Shown: positions 1 through 9,702, numbered from the stretch's first letter. The stretch is DNA of 64,000 bases from Candidatus Ventrimonas merdavium (GCA_018715565.1 DVLJ01000236.1:48-64047), one strand, 5' to 3'. A program made the numbers and translations. The notes: a model not told the origin generated them from the letters alone.

Positions 1-138
1 CCTGAAAGAAATCTATGTATATTGCCTGTATTGCACTCTGTATCTTTCAGTGTTACAATGGACGTATCATCTATTTGGAGTGTCAAACATCTTTAAAAGA
101 GATACTGTCTATTTTGAAACTTTTGGAGGAGTGATACG

Positions 139-465
139 ATGCAGCAAGCAAAAGAACTACCTGCCTGCCCGGTAGAAACAACGCTCATGCTCATTGGCGA
201 TAAGTGGAAAGTCCTTATTTTGCGTGACTTAATGCCTGGAACAAAGCGGTTCGGAGAACTCAAAAAATCCATTGGCACGGTGTCGCAGAAAGTCTTGACC
301 GCCCAGCTTCGGGATATGGAAAAAATGGGGCTTGTCGATCGCCAGGTGTACGCAGAAGTCCCGCCGCGGGTAGAATACAGTCTGACAGATCTGGGCAGAA
401 GCCTAAAGCCTATCCTTGACGCTATGTGGGCGTGGGGTGAGGATTACAAAGCGCAGAACCGTTAA
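139..465 (+). CDS. HxlR-family winged-helix transcriptional regulator
   Basis: 108-aa ORF. CPVETTLMLIGDKWKVLILRDL...RFGELKKSI...SQKVLTAQLRDMEKMGLVDRQVY is the HxlR/DUF24 signature. GGAGGAG RBS about 7 nt upstream of the ATG. Confidence 0.85.
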   Translation: MQQAKELPACPVETTLMLIGDKWKVLILRDLMPGTKRFGELKKSIGTVSQKVLTAQLRDMEKMGLVDRQVYAEVPPRVEYSLTDLGRSLKPILDAMWAWGEDYKAQNR

Positions 466-492
466 AGATCACGGTCTGTCTGAACCATAAGA

Positions 493-549
493 GCAAAAGA
501 CACGTCTGCCAGGAACCTTCTCCAGGTCCCGGACAAACGTGTCTTTTGC
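493..549. terminator. Bidirectional hairpin between the convergent HxlR gene and thrC
   Basis: Perfect 13-bp inverted repeat GCAAAAGACACGT (493-505) / ACGTGTCTTTTGC (537-549) with a 31-nt loop. T/A runs lie inside and next to the stem on both strands. Confidence 0.5.
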
Positions 550-595
550 TTGTCATACATTCAGTTTTTGACCTTCATTTCTTGATCGATCGGAT

Positions 596-2083
596 CTACA
601 GTCCCAGGATCTCTGCCACCGTATCCTCCATGTTGTCCCGGCCACACTCCCGGTTGTGGCGGATCTCGGCGTGGCGGATCTCCTCCACGGCGTTGGGCAC
701 GGTCACGCCGGATACCCGGTTCAGCTCGTCCACTACCGCGAACTCATCCCGGTCTCCTAAGCTGCCCTGGATGGCTTCCAGCACGCTGTGGGAGAACTTG
801 TAGGGGCTGGCGGTGGACGCGATCACCGTAGGTGTCTGATCGCCGGTGCGCTCCTTGTAAGCCCGGTATACGGCGGAGGCTACGCCGGTGTGGGTGTCGA
901 TCACATAGCCGGTATCCTCGTAGACCTTCTTGATCTCAGCCGCATTCTCCGCCTCAGTGGCGTACCCGCCGGTAAAATCCTTCATAAAGGCCTTCATCTC
1001 GCCGGTGATCTGGTATGCGCCGTTCTTGGACAGCTCCTCCATCATCTCACGGTTCACCCCGGCGTCGCAGCCTGCGCTCAGATAGATCAGCCGCTCCAGA
1101 TTGCTGGAGATCAGGATGTCCATGGACGGGGAGCTGGTCAGGATAAATTCCCTCTTCCGGTCATAGGTCCCGGTCTGGAAGAAATCATACAGGACCTTAT
1201 TGTCATTGGATGCGCAGATCAGAGTCTTCACCGGAAGTCCCATCTGCTTCGCCAGATAAGCCGCCAGGATATTGCCGAAGTTGCCGGTGGGCACGGTGAT
1301 GTTGATCACGTCGCCGTTCTGGATCTCTCCGTTCTCCACCAGCTTGGCGTAGGCGTACACATAATATACCACCTGGGGCACCAGACGGCCGATATTGATC
1401 GAGTTGGCGGAGGACAACTGGAATCCCTTGGCCGCCAGCCTTTCCCCGAACGCCTTGTCCCCGAAGATCTGCTTGACCCCGGTCTGGGCGTCGTCAAAGT
1501 TGCCGTGGATCGCCACTACTGCCGTGTTGTCCCCCTTCTGGGTCACCATCTGCAGCTCCTGGATCCGGCTCACGCCGCCCTTCGGATAAAACACGATGAT
1601 CCGGGTGCCGGGCACATCGGCAAAGCCTGCCATGGCCGCTTTTCCCGTGTCGCCGGAGGTGGCCGTCAGAATCACGATCTCGTTCTCAATGTGGTTCTTC
1701 CTGGCGGACGTGGTCATCAGATACGGCAGGATGGACAGAGCCATATCCTTAAAGGCAATGGTATTGCCGTGGAACAGCTCCAGATAATATGCGCCGTCCG
1801 CCTTTACTAACGGTGCGATCTCCTCGGTGTCAAACTTGCTGTCATAGGCATGGTCGATGCAGTAGCGCAGCTCCTCCTCGGTAAAGTCGGTCAGGAACAG
1901 CTTCATCACCTGGTAAGCCGTCTCCTGGTAGGACATGCCTGCCAATTCCTCGATGGATACGTCCAAAGACGGGATGCGGTCCGGCATGAACAGACCGCCG
2001 TCGTCTGCCAGTCCTTTTAAGATCGCCTGGGAAGCCGTCAGTCCGCTCTCCCCGCCCCGTGTGCTCTGATATGATATGCTCAT
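596..2083 (-). CDS. thrC: Threonine synthase
   Basis: The N-terminus MSISYQSTRGG...GLADDGGLFMP and the PLP-lysine context FHGNTIAFKDMA are typical of the long form of ThrC. I chose the internal ATG at 2083 (GGAGGA RBS) over the ORF-track start at 2203. Confidence 0.9.
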   Translation of the reverse strand: MSISYQSTRGGESGLTASQAILKGLADDGGLFMPDRIPSLDVSIEELAGMSYQETAYQVMKLFLTDFTEEELRYCIDHAYDSKFDTEEIAPLVKADGAYYLELFHGNTIAFKDMALSILPYLMTTSARKNHIENEIVILTATSGDTGKAAMAGFADVPGTRIIVFYPKGGVSRIQELQMVTQKGDNTAVVAIHGNFDDAQTGVKQIFGDKAFGERLAAKGFQLSSANSINIGRLVPQVVYYVYAYAKLVENGEIQNGDVINITVPTGNFGNILAAYLAKQMGLPVKTLICASNDNKVLYDFFQTGTYDRKREFILTSSPSMDILISSNLERLIYLSAGCDAGVNREMMEELSKNGAYQITGEMKAFMKDFTGGYATEAENAAEIKKVYEDTGYVIDTHTGVASAVYRAYKERTGDQTPTVIASTASPYKFSHSVLEAIQGSLGDRDEFAVVDELNRVSGVTVPNAVEEIRHAEIRHNRECGRDNMEDTVAEILGL

Positions 2084-2300
2084 AGTAGATTCCTCCGCGT
2101 TCTCCTCACCGGCCCGCCGGCGGCAGGCCCGTTTCCCTGTTTTCGTAGATTGTAGCACAATTTGGGATGGGGTGCAAGCAAAAGGGAGGCTCCGCCTGGG
2201 CAAAATGCGGCATTTCTCCGGGCCTTGTTCTCTCCGTTCCTTACTGCCTCCCCTTTTCGTCTCCGTTTTCTACGGTCTCTGCTCCCTCCCCTAGCGCTCC

Positions 2301-3707
2301 TTACCAGTTCTTTGTCAGCTCCATATTCCAATCAAGGGCGTAAGGGTTGAACGCGCTGGTTTTTAACTTCTCATAAATCTCCCTGCGGCTGCTGGGATCA
2401 TTCCCGGACCAGGCAGCGTAGCCTGCCAGATAGCTTTCTGTGAATTCATCCCAGGACTGGAAGCGGGTCTGGATGATCTTCGCCACCTCCAGCGATTTAT
2501 CCAGCGTTTCCCCGATCGTGTAATAGTCCGCCCAGTAATAGAAGCCCAGATTTGACATCGCTCTGCTGTAGTCCCAGGCAGAGCCAGTCTCATTTCCGCT
2601 TTGGATCAATGCCTCCAGCACCGCGTCTGCCGATGCCCGGTCATAAACTCCCCAGCTGGTCACCAGCATATTCCGGATATCCTGCTTCCGCTCTTCGTCA
2701 AACGCAGCAGAATCAGGGGGATTGCCCTCCACCCCTTCGGCAGGGAGGAAACCGCCTACCGCCCGGATATTCTGTCCGTTAGACTTGGTAAGGATCGCAT
2801 AAGTGGCGTTAAACCACTGTACCGTCTGATTCTCATTATAAGGGTTATAATTTTTATTCAGCCACTGCTGTCTGGTATTTAAGGCATAATCATTAGACAG
2901 CCGTTTCTTTGCCTCAAGGGCAGCCTCATCAATGGGTTCCAGCACGCCGTTCTCTTGAATCCGGTACCTGATCCCATCCGCATCCTTTGCCGTTCCCCTG
3001 GTCTCCATCTCTCCTTGATTCCCAAAAGAATATTTGACTCCATCAATTTCCCGGACCTCTTTTGTCACCAGGTATCCGTTTTCATCAAAATAATACCAGC
3101 GGCGATTCTCCGAAAGCCAGCCGTTGATGATTTTTTCTCCATTCTGATAATAGACCCATTCCTCCCCTTCCTTTACCCAGGTGGGAATTTCCTGATATTG
3201 GGCTAACTGCTGCTGGGTCTCGGTATCCCAAAGTCCTTCTGAATTATATGCCTTTCCTTCCGCGTCAAAATAATAAGGCACGCCGTCTTTCACATGCTGC
3301 ACCTTTCCGTAATTGGCGCTGGTGGTCAGTTCTCCCGTAGACTCTGTATGGTACAGATTCCCTTCCCAGACAAAATAGCCGATCTTCATCCTGCCTTTTT
3401 CCGTAAAATACCGCTGCTTGCCTTCCACCACCTGCCATCCGGTGACTGCATATCCTTCCGCATCAAAATAATACCAGCCGCCTCTGGCTTCCAGCAGCCA
3501 GTGATCCACATAGGTCTGTCCATCACTTCCCACAAACCGCCTGCCCCGTTCATCCTCCGTAAACGTGCCGCTCTCCCGTTCATTTCCATCATCCTCCGGC
3601 CTGGTACAGCGATAGGCTGCCGCCGCCTGGATCGACAAGGCTGCCGCCATCATCACGGTCAGAAAACTGCCAAACAGGTGCCGTCCCCACATGCGCTTCT
3701 TCCGCAT
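2301..3707 (-). CDS. Secreted protein with cell-wall-binding (choline-binding-type) repeats and a C-terminal DUF1266-like domain
   Basis: Signal peptide MRKKRMWGRHLFGSFLTVMMAAALSIQAAAA. Repeats GWYYFDAEGYAVTGW, YYFDAEGKAY and WYYFDENGYLVT. The C-terminal part (...SAWDYSRAMSNLGFYYWADYYT...) resembles DUF1266. GGGGGAAAGG RBS. Confidence 0.7.
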   Translation of the reverse strand: MRKKRMWGRHLFGSFLTVMMAAALSIQAAAAYRCTRPEDDGNERESGTFTEDERGRRFVGSDGQTYVDHWLLEARGGWYYFDAEGYAVTGWQVVEGKQRYFTEKGRMKIGYFVWEGNLYHTESTGELTTSANYGKVQHVKDGVPYYFDAEGKAYNSEGLWDTETQQQLAQYQEIPTWVKEGEEWVYYQNGEKIINGWLSENRRWYYFDENGYLVTKEVREIDGVKYSFGNQGEMETRGTAKDADGIRYRIQENGVLEPIDEAALEAKKRLSNDYALNTRQQWLNKNYNPYNENQTVQWFNATYAILTKSNGQNIRAVGGFLPAEGVEGNPPDSAAFDEERKQDIRNMLVTSWGVYDRASADAVLEALIQSGNETGSAWDYSRAMSNLGFYYWADYYTIGETLDKSLEVAKIIQTRFQSWDEFTESYLAGYAAWSGNDPSSRREIYEKLKTSAFNPYALDWNMELTKNW

Positions 3708-3883
3708 AGTCCTTTCCCCCTTTTCTTTGTCAGCATAGGACGCTTTTACTTTGTCCCTTTATTGTAGCACCGTATAAAAATGCTTTCAAGGGGATTCCAA
3801 TACGCTGATCTTATTACTGGGTCACAAAAGAAACAGGCTCAGCGGCGATTTCCGTACGTTCCAGTCCTGATCTGCTTCCGCTG

Positions 3884-5173
3884 TCACCGCCGTTCCAAAG
3901 AAAAGACCGCCAGATCCCCGATCAAGTCATTAAACCGCACAAACACGCGGCCGTTCTGGTCCGCCAGCAGGGTGACCGCCGACAGCTCCTCATCTGCATT
4001 CGTAAAGACATACGCCTCCACCGGGAATGCAAACCGCTCCAGATCCGCTCCGCTGTGGATGATATAAGTCTTTGAAAATGCGATCCAGTCCATGGTCTCG
4101 GTATGTTCCAGCTGATACCGTTCACCATCCCATTCCAGGGCCACATTCCCGCCGCCCGGCTCTCCGGAGACCGTCAGCTCCTTTCCCAGAAGCTCCTCCG
4201 CCCCAGCAGAACGGCTGTCATATCCGATCGCCGGGAAGATTGGATCGTCCAGGATCTCCCAATTTCCCAACAGCGCGCCAAGCTTTTTCTGATCCAGGCT
4301 GAGCATCTGATATGGCTGATCCAGGGAGATCCAGATTTCCCGACCCTGGCTTTCCAGCTGGCCGTCCGTTACGAATTGCCCATTGACTTCCCAGACTGAC
4401 GCATTTTCTCCAGTCACCGAATCCACCGAAAAGCAGATCCCCGCTCTCCCTTGCACCGATCGGATCCCCTCTGCCACGCTTAACACATCTCTGCTCCTGT
4501 CCAGCTCCGGGTAATGCTCATAGATCGCGTCCCGCATCTGCCTGATCTGCGCATCGTGGGCCTTCCACCAGCTGTAAACCTCCCGGCGGTCATAGCCCCG
4601 TCCGGCAAGATAGACCGTTTTCCCCTGCACGTCCGGGATGGAAATGGAAAACGCCTGCTGTTCCTCCTGGAACGGGAGCCGTTCTGCCAGATAGACCCAT
4701 ACGTGGATGACCTGCTCCTGTTCCTCGTCCTCTTCCCAGGCCACTCGGCTGACACGGTAAGCAGGCTGGCTGGTCGTACCCTGGATCACAAGGGAACCGT
4801 CTTCTTCCTGGTAAGAAATCTCCTGGATATCCGCCCCATGAGCGGATAAGGGCTCTCCGATCACATAGACCTTCCAGAATACCCCCAGCAAAAGGAACGC
4901 CAACAGACTGCTAACGATCCCGATCGCGATCTTTAAGTTTCTCGTATGCTGCCGCACCTTTTTCAACCCGTCGAGAACAGCCCGTTCCTCCCGGTCCCTC
5001 CCGGAGCCGCTCCTGATCCCCATCTCTTCTTTCATATCCTGATACACCTGGCGGCAATCTGCGCAGCCTTCTAAATGCGTTTTTACCAGATCCGTCCCGG
5101 CCTCGCTTAAGATCCCGTCCACATATCCGGGGAGCAGATCCCGGATGATCTCGCAGGAAACCCATTTATCCAT
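3884..5173 (-). CDS. Anti-sigma factor (zf-HC2) with one TM helix and a large extracytoplasmic domain
   Basis: The N-terminus CEIIRDLLPGYVDG...HLEGCADCRQ is the zf-HC2 anti-sigma motif. TM helix IAIGIVSSLLAFLLLGVFW. Overlaps the upstream sigma gene by 8 nt. Confidence 0.75.
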   Translation of the reverse strand: MDKWVSCEIIRDLLPGYVDGILSEAGTDLVKTHLEGCADCRQVYQDMKEEMGIRSGSGRDREERAVLDGLKKVRQHTRNLKIAIGIVSSLLAFLLLGVFWKVYVIGEPLSAHGADIQEISYQEEDGSLVIQGTTSQPAYRVSRVAWEEDEEQEQVIHVWVYLAERLPFQEEQQAFSISIPDVQGKTVYLAGRGYDRREVYSWWKAHDAQIRQMRDAIYEHYPELDRSRDVLSVAEGIRSVQGRAGICFSVDSVTGENASVWEVNGQFVTDGQLESQGREIWISLDQPYQMLSLDQKKLGALLGNWEILDDPIFPAIGYDSRSAGAEELLGKELTVSGEPGGGNVALEWDGERYQLEHTETMDWIAFSKTYIIHSGADLERFAFPVEAYVFTNADEELSAVTLLADQNGRVFVRFNDLIGDLAVFSLERR

Positions 5174-5678
5174 ATACGCTCATCTCCTTCTTGATTTTTT
5201 GCTTCACTCGATAGAACACCGTTCTGCTCCAGTTCTCACTTTTCCCCAGGATCCTTCCGATCTCCCGGAACGAAAGTTCTCCGGTAATGCGGTATAGCAC
5301 GACCTCCCGCTCCAGCTCCGGCAGGCGATGGATCGCCTGATACAATTCCAGCTTCCGTTCCTGATCAAGCAGGATCGCTTCTCCATCCCGCGCAGAAGCG
5401 TCGAAGATGATCTGCCCGTCCAGCTCTGTCGTTTCCAGCCGCTTCTTCTTTCGGAGCTCCTGATATAAAATGTGCTTCGCGATCTGGCAAAGCCACACCG
5501 ACAGCTTGCAGGAGCCGTCATAACGGGAGACGGATCCCACCGCCCGCAGGAACGTTTCCTGCATCAGCTCCTGAGACCATTCCCGGTCGCGGGTACGGAC
5601 ATAGAGGAAGCGGTAGACCAGGTCTGCATATTCCTGATAGGCAGCTTCCAGATCCACTTGTTCCCTGCGGTCCTGCAT
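5166..5678 (-). CDS. ECF-type RNA polymerase sigma-70 factor
   Basis: Region 2 (YADLVYRFLYVRTRDREWSQELMQETFLRA) and region 4 (LPELEREVVLYRITGELSFREIGRILGKSENWSRTVFYR). Start taken at the ATG at 5678, preceded by GAGGAGGTGAGA. Confidence 0.85.
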   Translation of the reverse strand: MQDRREQVDLEAAYQEYADLVYRFLYVRTRDREWSQELMQETFLRAVGSVSRYDGSCKLSVWLCQIAKHILYQELRKKKRLETTELDGQIIFDASARDGEAILLDQERKLELYQAIHRLPELEREVVLYRITGELSFREIGRILGKSENWSRTVFYRVKQKIKKEMSVYG

Positions 5679-5812
5679 GTTCTCACCTCCTCTTGTCCCA
5701 AACAGGATCCTGATCGGGACGATCTTCCATCTCTTATATCCCACTAGAGGGGGCTTCGTTACAGCCTGTTCGATAAAACATCTGGAAAATCATTGGTTTT
5801 AAACAACAGCCA

Positions 5813-5821
5813 TGCTATAAT
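5813..5821 (+). promoter_or_regulatory. Candidate extended -10 promoter element for the Fic gene
   Basis: TGcTATAAT in an AT-rich spacer about 70 nt upstream of the Fic start codon. The -35 is weak. Confidence 0.35.
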
Positions 5822-5892
5822 AATAAAAAATATAACAAATCGTCACCCTATTGACAACATTTTGCGCACCTGCACCTTTAAGGAGATTTCCT

Positions 5893-6498
5893 ATGGCTCT
5901 TGAAAACAAACTGGGACTGACCAGTTCTTCCGACCTGGCCCGGGAGGAAGAACGTATCAGCAAGAAAAAGGCTGTCCAACTATTTGAAAGCGGGCTTCTG
6001 GAACAATTACAGCCCGGCGTCTTTTCCTCCCTGCAGGCGATCCACCGGTATCTGTTTGAAGATATCTATCCCTTTGCGGGACAGCTCCGCAGCGTCAATC
6101 TGGCAAAAGGGAATTTTCGTTTTGCTCCCCTGATGTATCTGGAAGCAGCGCTGCAGAACATTGACGCGATGCCCCAGTCTACCTTTGATGAAATTATAGA
6201 AAAATATGTAGAAATGAATATCGCCCACCCATTCCGGGAGGGAAACGGGCGAAGTACCCGTATCTGGCTTGACTGTATGCTGAAAGCAGAACTGGGACAG
6301 GTGGTGGATTGGAGTAACGTAGATAAAGAAGATCATCTCCTCGCCATGGAACGCAGCCCCATCCGGGATATTGAGATCAAGCACATTTTAAAAGCGGCTC
6401 TGACTACGGAAATCCATAACCGGGAGCTTTACATGAAAGGGATCGACCACAGCTATTATTACGAAGGGTATACGGCTTATAAAGCGGAAGAACTCTAG
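5893..6498 (+). CDS. Fic-family protein (AMPylase type, class III-like autoinhibited)
   Basis: The Fic motif HPFREGNGRSTR matches HxFx(D/E)GNGRxxR. The C-terminal SYYYEG matches the inhibitory [S/T]xxxE[G/N] motif. AGGAGA RBS before the ATG at 5893. Confidence 0.85.
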   Translation: MALENKLGLTSSSDLAREEERISKKKAVQLFESGLLEQLQPGVFSSLQAIHRYLFEDIYPFAGQLRSVNLAKGNFRFAPLMYLEAALQNIDAMPQSTFDEIIEKYVEMNIAHPFREGNGRSTRIWLDCMLKAELGQVVDWSNVDKEDHLLAMERSPIRDIEIKHILKAALTTEIHNRELYMKGIDHSYYYEGYTAYKAEEL

Positions 6499-6511
6499 AA
6501 AGGGGGATCAG

Positions 6512-6814
6512 ATGGACTGGAACATCACCGGATATCTCATGATATGGATGGCGCTTTTCCTTGCCGCGATCAACCTGATCCTCGCTCTGCTGTCCAGGAC
6601 AAACTATACCGCCGTCCTTCTCTTTGCCAGCCTCTCCCTGGGCATTTTTTCCTGCATCGAGGAGCTCCGCGTCATCGAACAATGGGTGCAGTATCAGGAA
6701 GTCCCGTATGAGACACTCCTGCCCAAGCTCTGCGATATTTTCCCAAAGCTCCTCCTGGCGCTGGTCATCCTCAACCTTGCCTCGCTGATCGCGGCACGCC
6801 GAAAGAGATCTTAA
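6512..6814 (+). CDS. Small three-TM membrane protein, function unknown
   Basis: 100 aa with three hydrophobic helices and a basic C-terminus (RRKRS). AAGGGGGA RBS. Starts 13 nt after the Fic stop codon. Confidence 0.55.
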   Translation: MDWNITGYLMIWMALFLAAINLILALLSRTNYTAVLLFASLSLGIFSCIEELRVIEQWVQYQEVPYETLLPKLCDIFPKLLLALVILNLASLIAARRKRS

Positions 6815-6830
6815 CCCATCCCAAACCCAA

Positions 6831-6869
6831 ACAGACACCCGCCTTCCGACGGATGTCTGTCTTTTTTTC
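6831..6869 (+). terminator. Intrinsic terminator after the Fic / small-membrane-protein pair
   Basis: Stem ACAGACA...TGTCTGT with an inner CCG/CGG extension, followed by CTTTTTTTC. Confidence 0.7.
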
Positions 6870-6925
6870 AATATGGATCAGACCTCTCGCTTTCCGGCCT
6901 GCTGCCGGGCGAGCCGTGCTTCCGC

Positions 6926-8608
6926 TTATGCCAGGATCGGCTTCAACGCCTCTGCCAGCTTGTCCTTCTGGGCCTGTGCCTCTGCCAGGTCTTTGCCCAG
7001 GGTGGTGAAATAGGTCTTGATCTTCGGTTCGGTACCAGACGGGCGGACAACAACGGTCGCGCCGCCTTCCAGGGTGTAGATCAGCACGTTGGCGGCCGGA
7101 AGTCCGGTCTCCTCCGGCTTCTGATAGTCGGTCACCTTCTCTACCTTGTAGCCTGCAAATTCGGTAGGCGGGTTGTCCCGCAGGCCCTGCATGATGCCGG
7201 CCATCTTGTCCATACCGGTCAGGCCCGGGAACTCAAAGCTGTCTACCTTGTTCAGGTAGCGGCCATACTGAGCGTAGATCTCCTCCAGGCGCTGCTTGAT
7301 GGAGCTGCCGATGCTGCGGTAGTAAGCGGCCATCTCACAGATCAGCATGGAGCCGATCACCGCGTCCTTATCCCGTACATACGGGCCAGCCAGGTAGCCA
7401 TAGCTCTCCTCGAATCCGAAGATGAAGCGGTCTACTTCCCCGGCTGCCTCCAGGTTCGCAATCTGGTCGCCGATCCACTTAAATCCGGTCAGAACGCTTC
7501 TTAACTCCACGCCGTAGTGAGCGGCAACCGCGTCTGCCAGCGGCGTGGAAACGATGGATTTCACCGCTACCGGGTTCTCCGGCATGGTGCCCTTCTCAAT
7601 CCGTCCTGCGCAGATATAGTCTAACAGCAGCACGCCCATCTCGTTGCCGCTTACCAGCTCATAGGAGCCGTCCGGACACTTCATGGCGATGCCTACCCGG
7701 TCTGCATCCGGATCCGTAGCCAGCATCAGGTCTGCGTCGGTCTCCTTCGCCAGGTTTAAGCCCAGCTCCAAAGCGGCGAATATCTCCGGGTTCGGATAGC
7801 TGCAGGTGGTAAAGTAGCCGTTAGGATACTCCTGCTCCGGTACAATGGTGATATCGGTAATGCCCATATCGTTTAAAACGGTGGTCACCGGAACCAGGCC
7901 GGAACCATTCAACGGGCTGTACACCAGCTTCAGACCGGCGGTCTTGCACAGACCGGGACGGACCTGGCGGGCCTCGATGGCCTCATAGAATGCCTTCTTG
8001 CAGTCGTCGCCTACGAAACGGATCATGCCGCTTTCTACGCCCTCTGCGAAGGAAACGTACTTTGCTCCCTCCAGGATATCGGTCTTCTGGATCTCATCGT
8101 ATACGATCGCCGCCGCATCGTCGGTCATCTGGCAGCCGTCCGGACCGTAAGCCTTGTAGCCGTTGTACTTGGCCGGGTTGTGGGAGGCAGTCACCATGAT
8201 GCCTGCGTTGCACTGATAGTAACGGGTTGCGAAGGACAGAGCCGGAACCGGCATCAGCGCGTCATAGATCCGCACCTTGATGCCATTGGCAGCCAGCACG
8301 CCTGCCGCGGTCTTGGCAAATACGTCGCTCTTTAAGCGGCTGTCGTAGCTGATGGCCACGGTCTGATTGCCGCCCTGGGTCTTTACCCAGTTCGCCAGTC
8401 CCTGCGTCGCCTGACGCACCACATAGATGTTCATCCGGTTCGTACCAGCGCCCAGCACTCCCCGCAGGCCAGCTGTACCGAACTTCAGCGCTACCGCGAA
8501 ACGATCCTTGATCTCGTCGTCGTTCCCCTCGATCTTTGCCAGTTCCGGCTTCAGGTCCGCGTCTTCCAGATCTGCCGCCATCCAGCGTTTGTAATCATCC
8601 AGATACAT
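6926..8608 (-). CDS. pgcA: Phosphoglucomutase / phospho-sugar mutase (PgcA type)
   Basis: FGTAGLRGVLGAGTNRMN, active-site loop VTASHNPAKYNGYK, DPDADR and RPSGTEPKIK. Collinear with Bacillus PgcA as I recall it. Start at the ATG at 8608 (GGGGAGAA RBS). Confidence 0.9.
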   Translation of the reverse strand: MYLDDYKRWMAADLEDADLKPELAKIEGNDDEIKDRFAVALKFGTAGLRGVLGAGTNRMNIYVVRQATQGLANWVKTQGGNQTVAISYDSRLKSDVFAKTAAGVLAANGIKVRIYDALMPVPALSFATRYYQCNAGIMVTASHNPAKYNGYKAYGPDGCQMTDDAAAIVYDEIQKTDILEGAKYVSFAEGVESGMIRFVGDDCKKAFYEAIEARQVRPGLCKTAGLKLVYSPLNGSGLVPVTTVLNDMGITDITIVPEQEYPNGYFTTCSYPNPEIFAALELGLNLAKETDADLMLATDPDADRVGIAMKCPDGSYELVSGNEMGVLLLDYICAGRIEKGTMPENPVAVKSIVSTPLADAVAAHYGVELRSVLTGFKWIGDQIANLEAAGEVDRFIFGFEESYGYLAGPYVRDKDAVIGSMLICEMAAYYRSIGSSIKQRLEEIYAQYGRYLNKVDSFEFPGLTGMDKMAGIMQGLRDNPPTEFAGYKVEKVTDYQKPEETGLPAANVLIYTLEGGATVVVRPSGTEPKIKTYFTTLGKDLAEAQAQKDKLAEALKPILA

Positions 8609-8668
8609 AATGTTCTCCCCCAAATGATTTAGTAAAAACCTGTGCAGAATCACAAATTTTCCAACTTA

Positions 8669-8697
8669 ACTATACACGTTTTTGAAATAGCTGTCAA
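8669..8697 (-). promoter_or_regulatory. SigmaA-type promoter for pgcA
   Basis: On the minus strand: TTGACA, 17-nt spacer, TATAGT, about 55 nt upstream of the pgcA start. Confidence 0.45.
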
Positions 8698-8748
8698 TCG
8701 CTGGACGGTAAGTATACACGATGAAGGGCGGATTCCACGGCATTTTCC

Positions 8749-9702
8749 TCAATCCAACTGCCGGATTCTGGGGTGGAAGGATCCGGCGGCTTTCCATAAA
8801 CTAGCATTTTCTGTCTGGTTGACCGTTCGCTCGTTCTTAGAAAAACAGAGCAAGGATTCCCACTCCACCGGAAATCCTATATGATGCAGCGAAATATCTT
8901 TCTCGTATTCTTCTATCATGGCTTTTAAAGGAATCACAAACCTGGATTCCCATTTATCCGGCTCTGGATAAAGATATTTTAAGACCAATAATTGAGTAAA
9001 TAATGTTCGGTCCGCATGGACCATACTGTTTTTGGGTATCGCCGGCATCGCCGGAAATATCCAATAATAAAGTCTGGAGTAATGAGCGCATTTGTTTCTT
9101 AGATCCGTCAGACATCTTAACCAGCTTTCCAATAACTTGGGCACAGTATCCATATCTGCAGCAATCGCTTTTTTATCCTCTGCAAGCATGTCCTTATAAA
9201 AATAGGAAAGCATACCCACAGAAAAAAACTCTATGATAACCCATATGGGGAACTGCCCGTCATAATTCTCTTTATGATGCTTTACCACTAAGGTGGATGC
9301 ATTTTCTTCAATACATGAACGTATCTTTTCTCTGAATCTCATGCTATTATGCCTGTCCGAAAACATATCCTCATTCAAATATCCCAAAGCCCCATATTTG
9401 TGCGCTGCAAAATATGCCAGTTTCGCTCGGATATTGATCTCAATATCCTCGATCGTTGAAAAAATAAGTCCCCTCAAGCGACTATCAAATTCATATATCT
9501 TTTGGATTCTGGAAAAAGTGATATTGGAAAGGTAACCGCCTTCTTTCCTGCGAAATGGAAGAAAATAAGCAGATATTCTATAATAATTGACTCGTTTCAA
9601 AAACTGGATACATTCTGACTCCTCTTGCCTAGATATCAGAAATCCCTTTTTTCTGATCAGAACAATCTGTTTTTCATAGCTAGTTGGTTCTTTAAGCTGC
9701 AA
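8749..9702 (-). CDS. Abi_2-family (AbiD/AbiF-like) abortive-infection protein
   Basis: YEKQIVLIRKKGFLI...NYYRISAYFLPF...FDSRLR...LRNKCAHYSRLY is the Abi_2 pattern. I prefer the TTG start at 9702 (AAGAGG RBS 7 nt upstream). The ORF extends to a GTG at 9753 that has no RBS. Markedly AT-rich compared with its neighbours. Confidence 0.75.
   Translation of the reverse strand: MQLKEPTSYEKQIVLIRKKGFLISRQEESECIQFLKRVNYYRISAYFLPFRRKEGGYLSNITFSRIQKIYEFDSRLRGLIFSTIEDIEINIRAKLAYFAAHKYGALGYLNEDMFSDRHNSMRFREKIRSCIEENASTLVVKHHKENYDGQFPIWVIIEFFSVGMLSYFYKDMLAEDKKAIAADMDTVPKLLESWLRCLTDLRNKCAHYSRLYYWIFPAMPAIPKNSMVHADRTLFTQLLVLKYLYPEPDKWESRFVIPLKAMIEEYEKDISLHHIGFPVEWESLLCFSKNERTVNQTENASLWKAAGSFHPRIRQLD

Noticed and set aside
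788-1810. 340-aa plus-strand ORF antisense to thrC
   Set aside because: It lies entirely within a strongly supported gene on the other strand. The product is Gly/His/Leu/Arg-rich low-complexity sequence with no motif or RBS, typical of a high-GC shadow ORF.
6404-6871. 155-aa minus-strand ORF opposite the small membrane-protein gene
   Set aside because: It would start inside the plus-strand terminator hairpin and has no RBS. The plus-strand ORF has an RBS, is coupled to the Fic gene and encodes clean TM helices.
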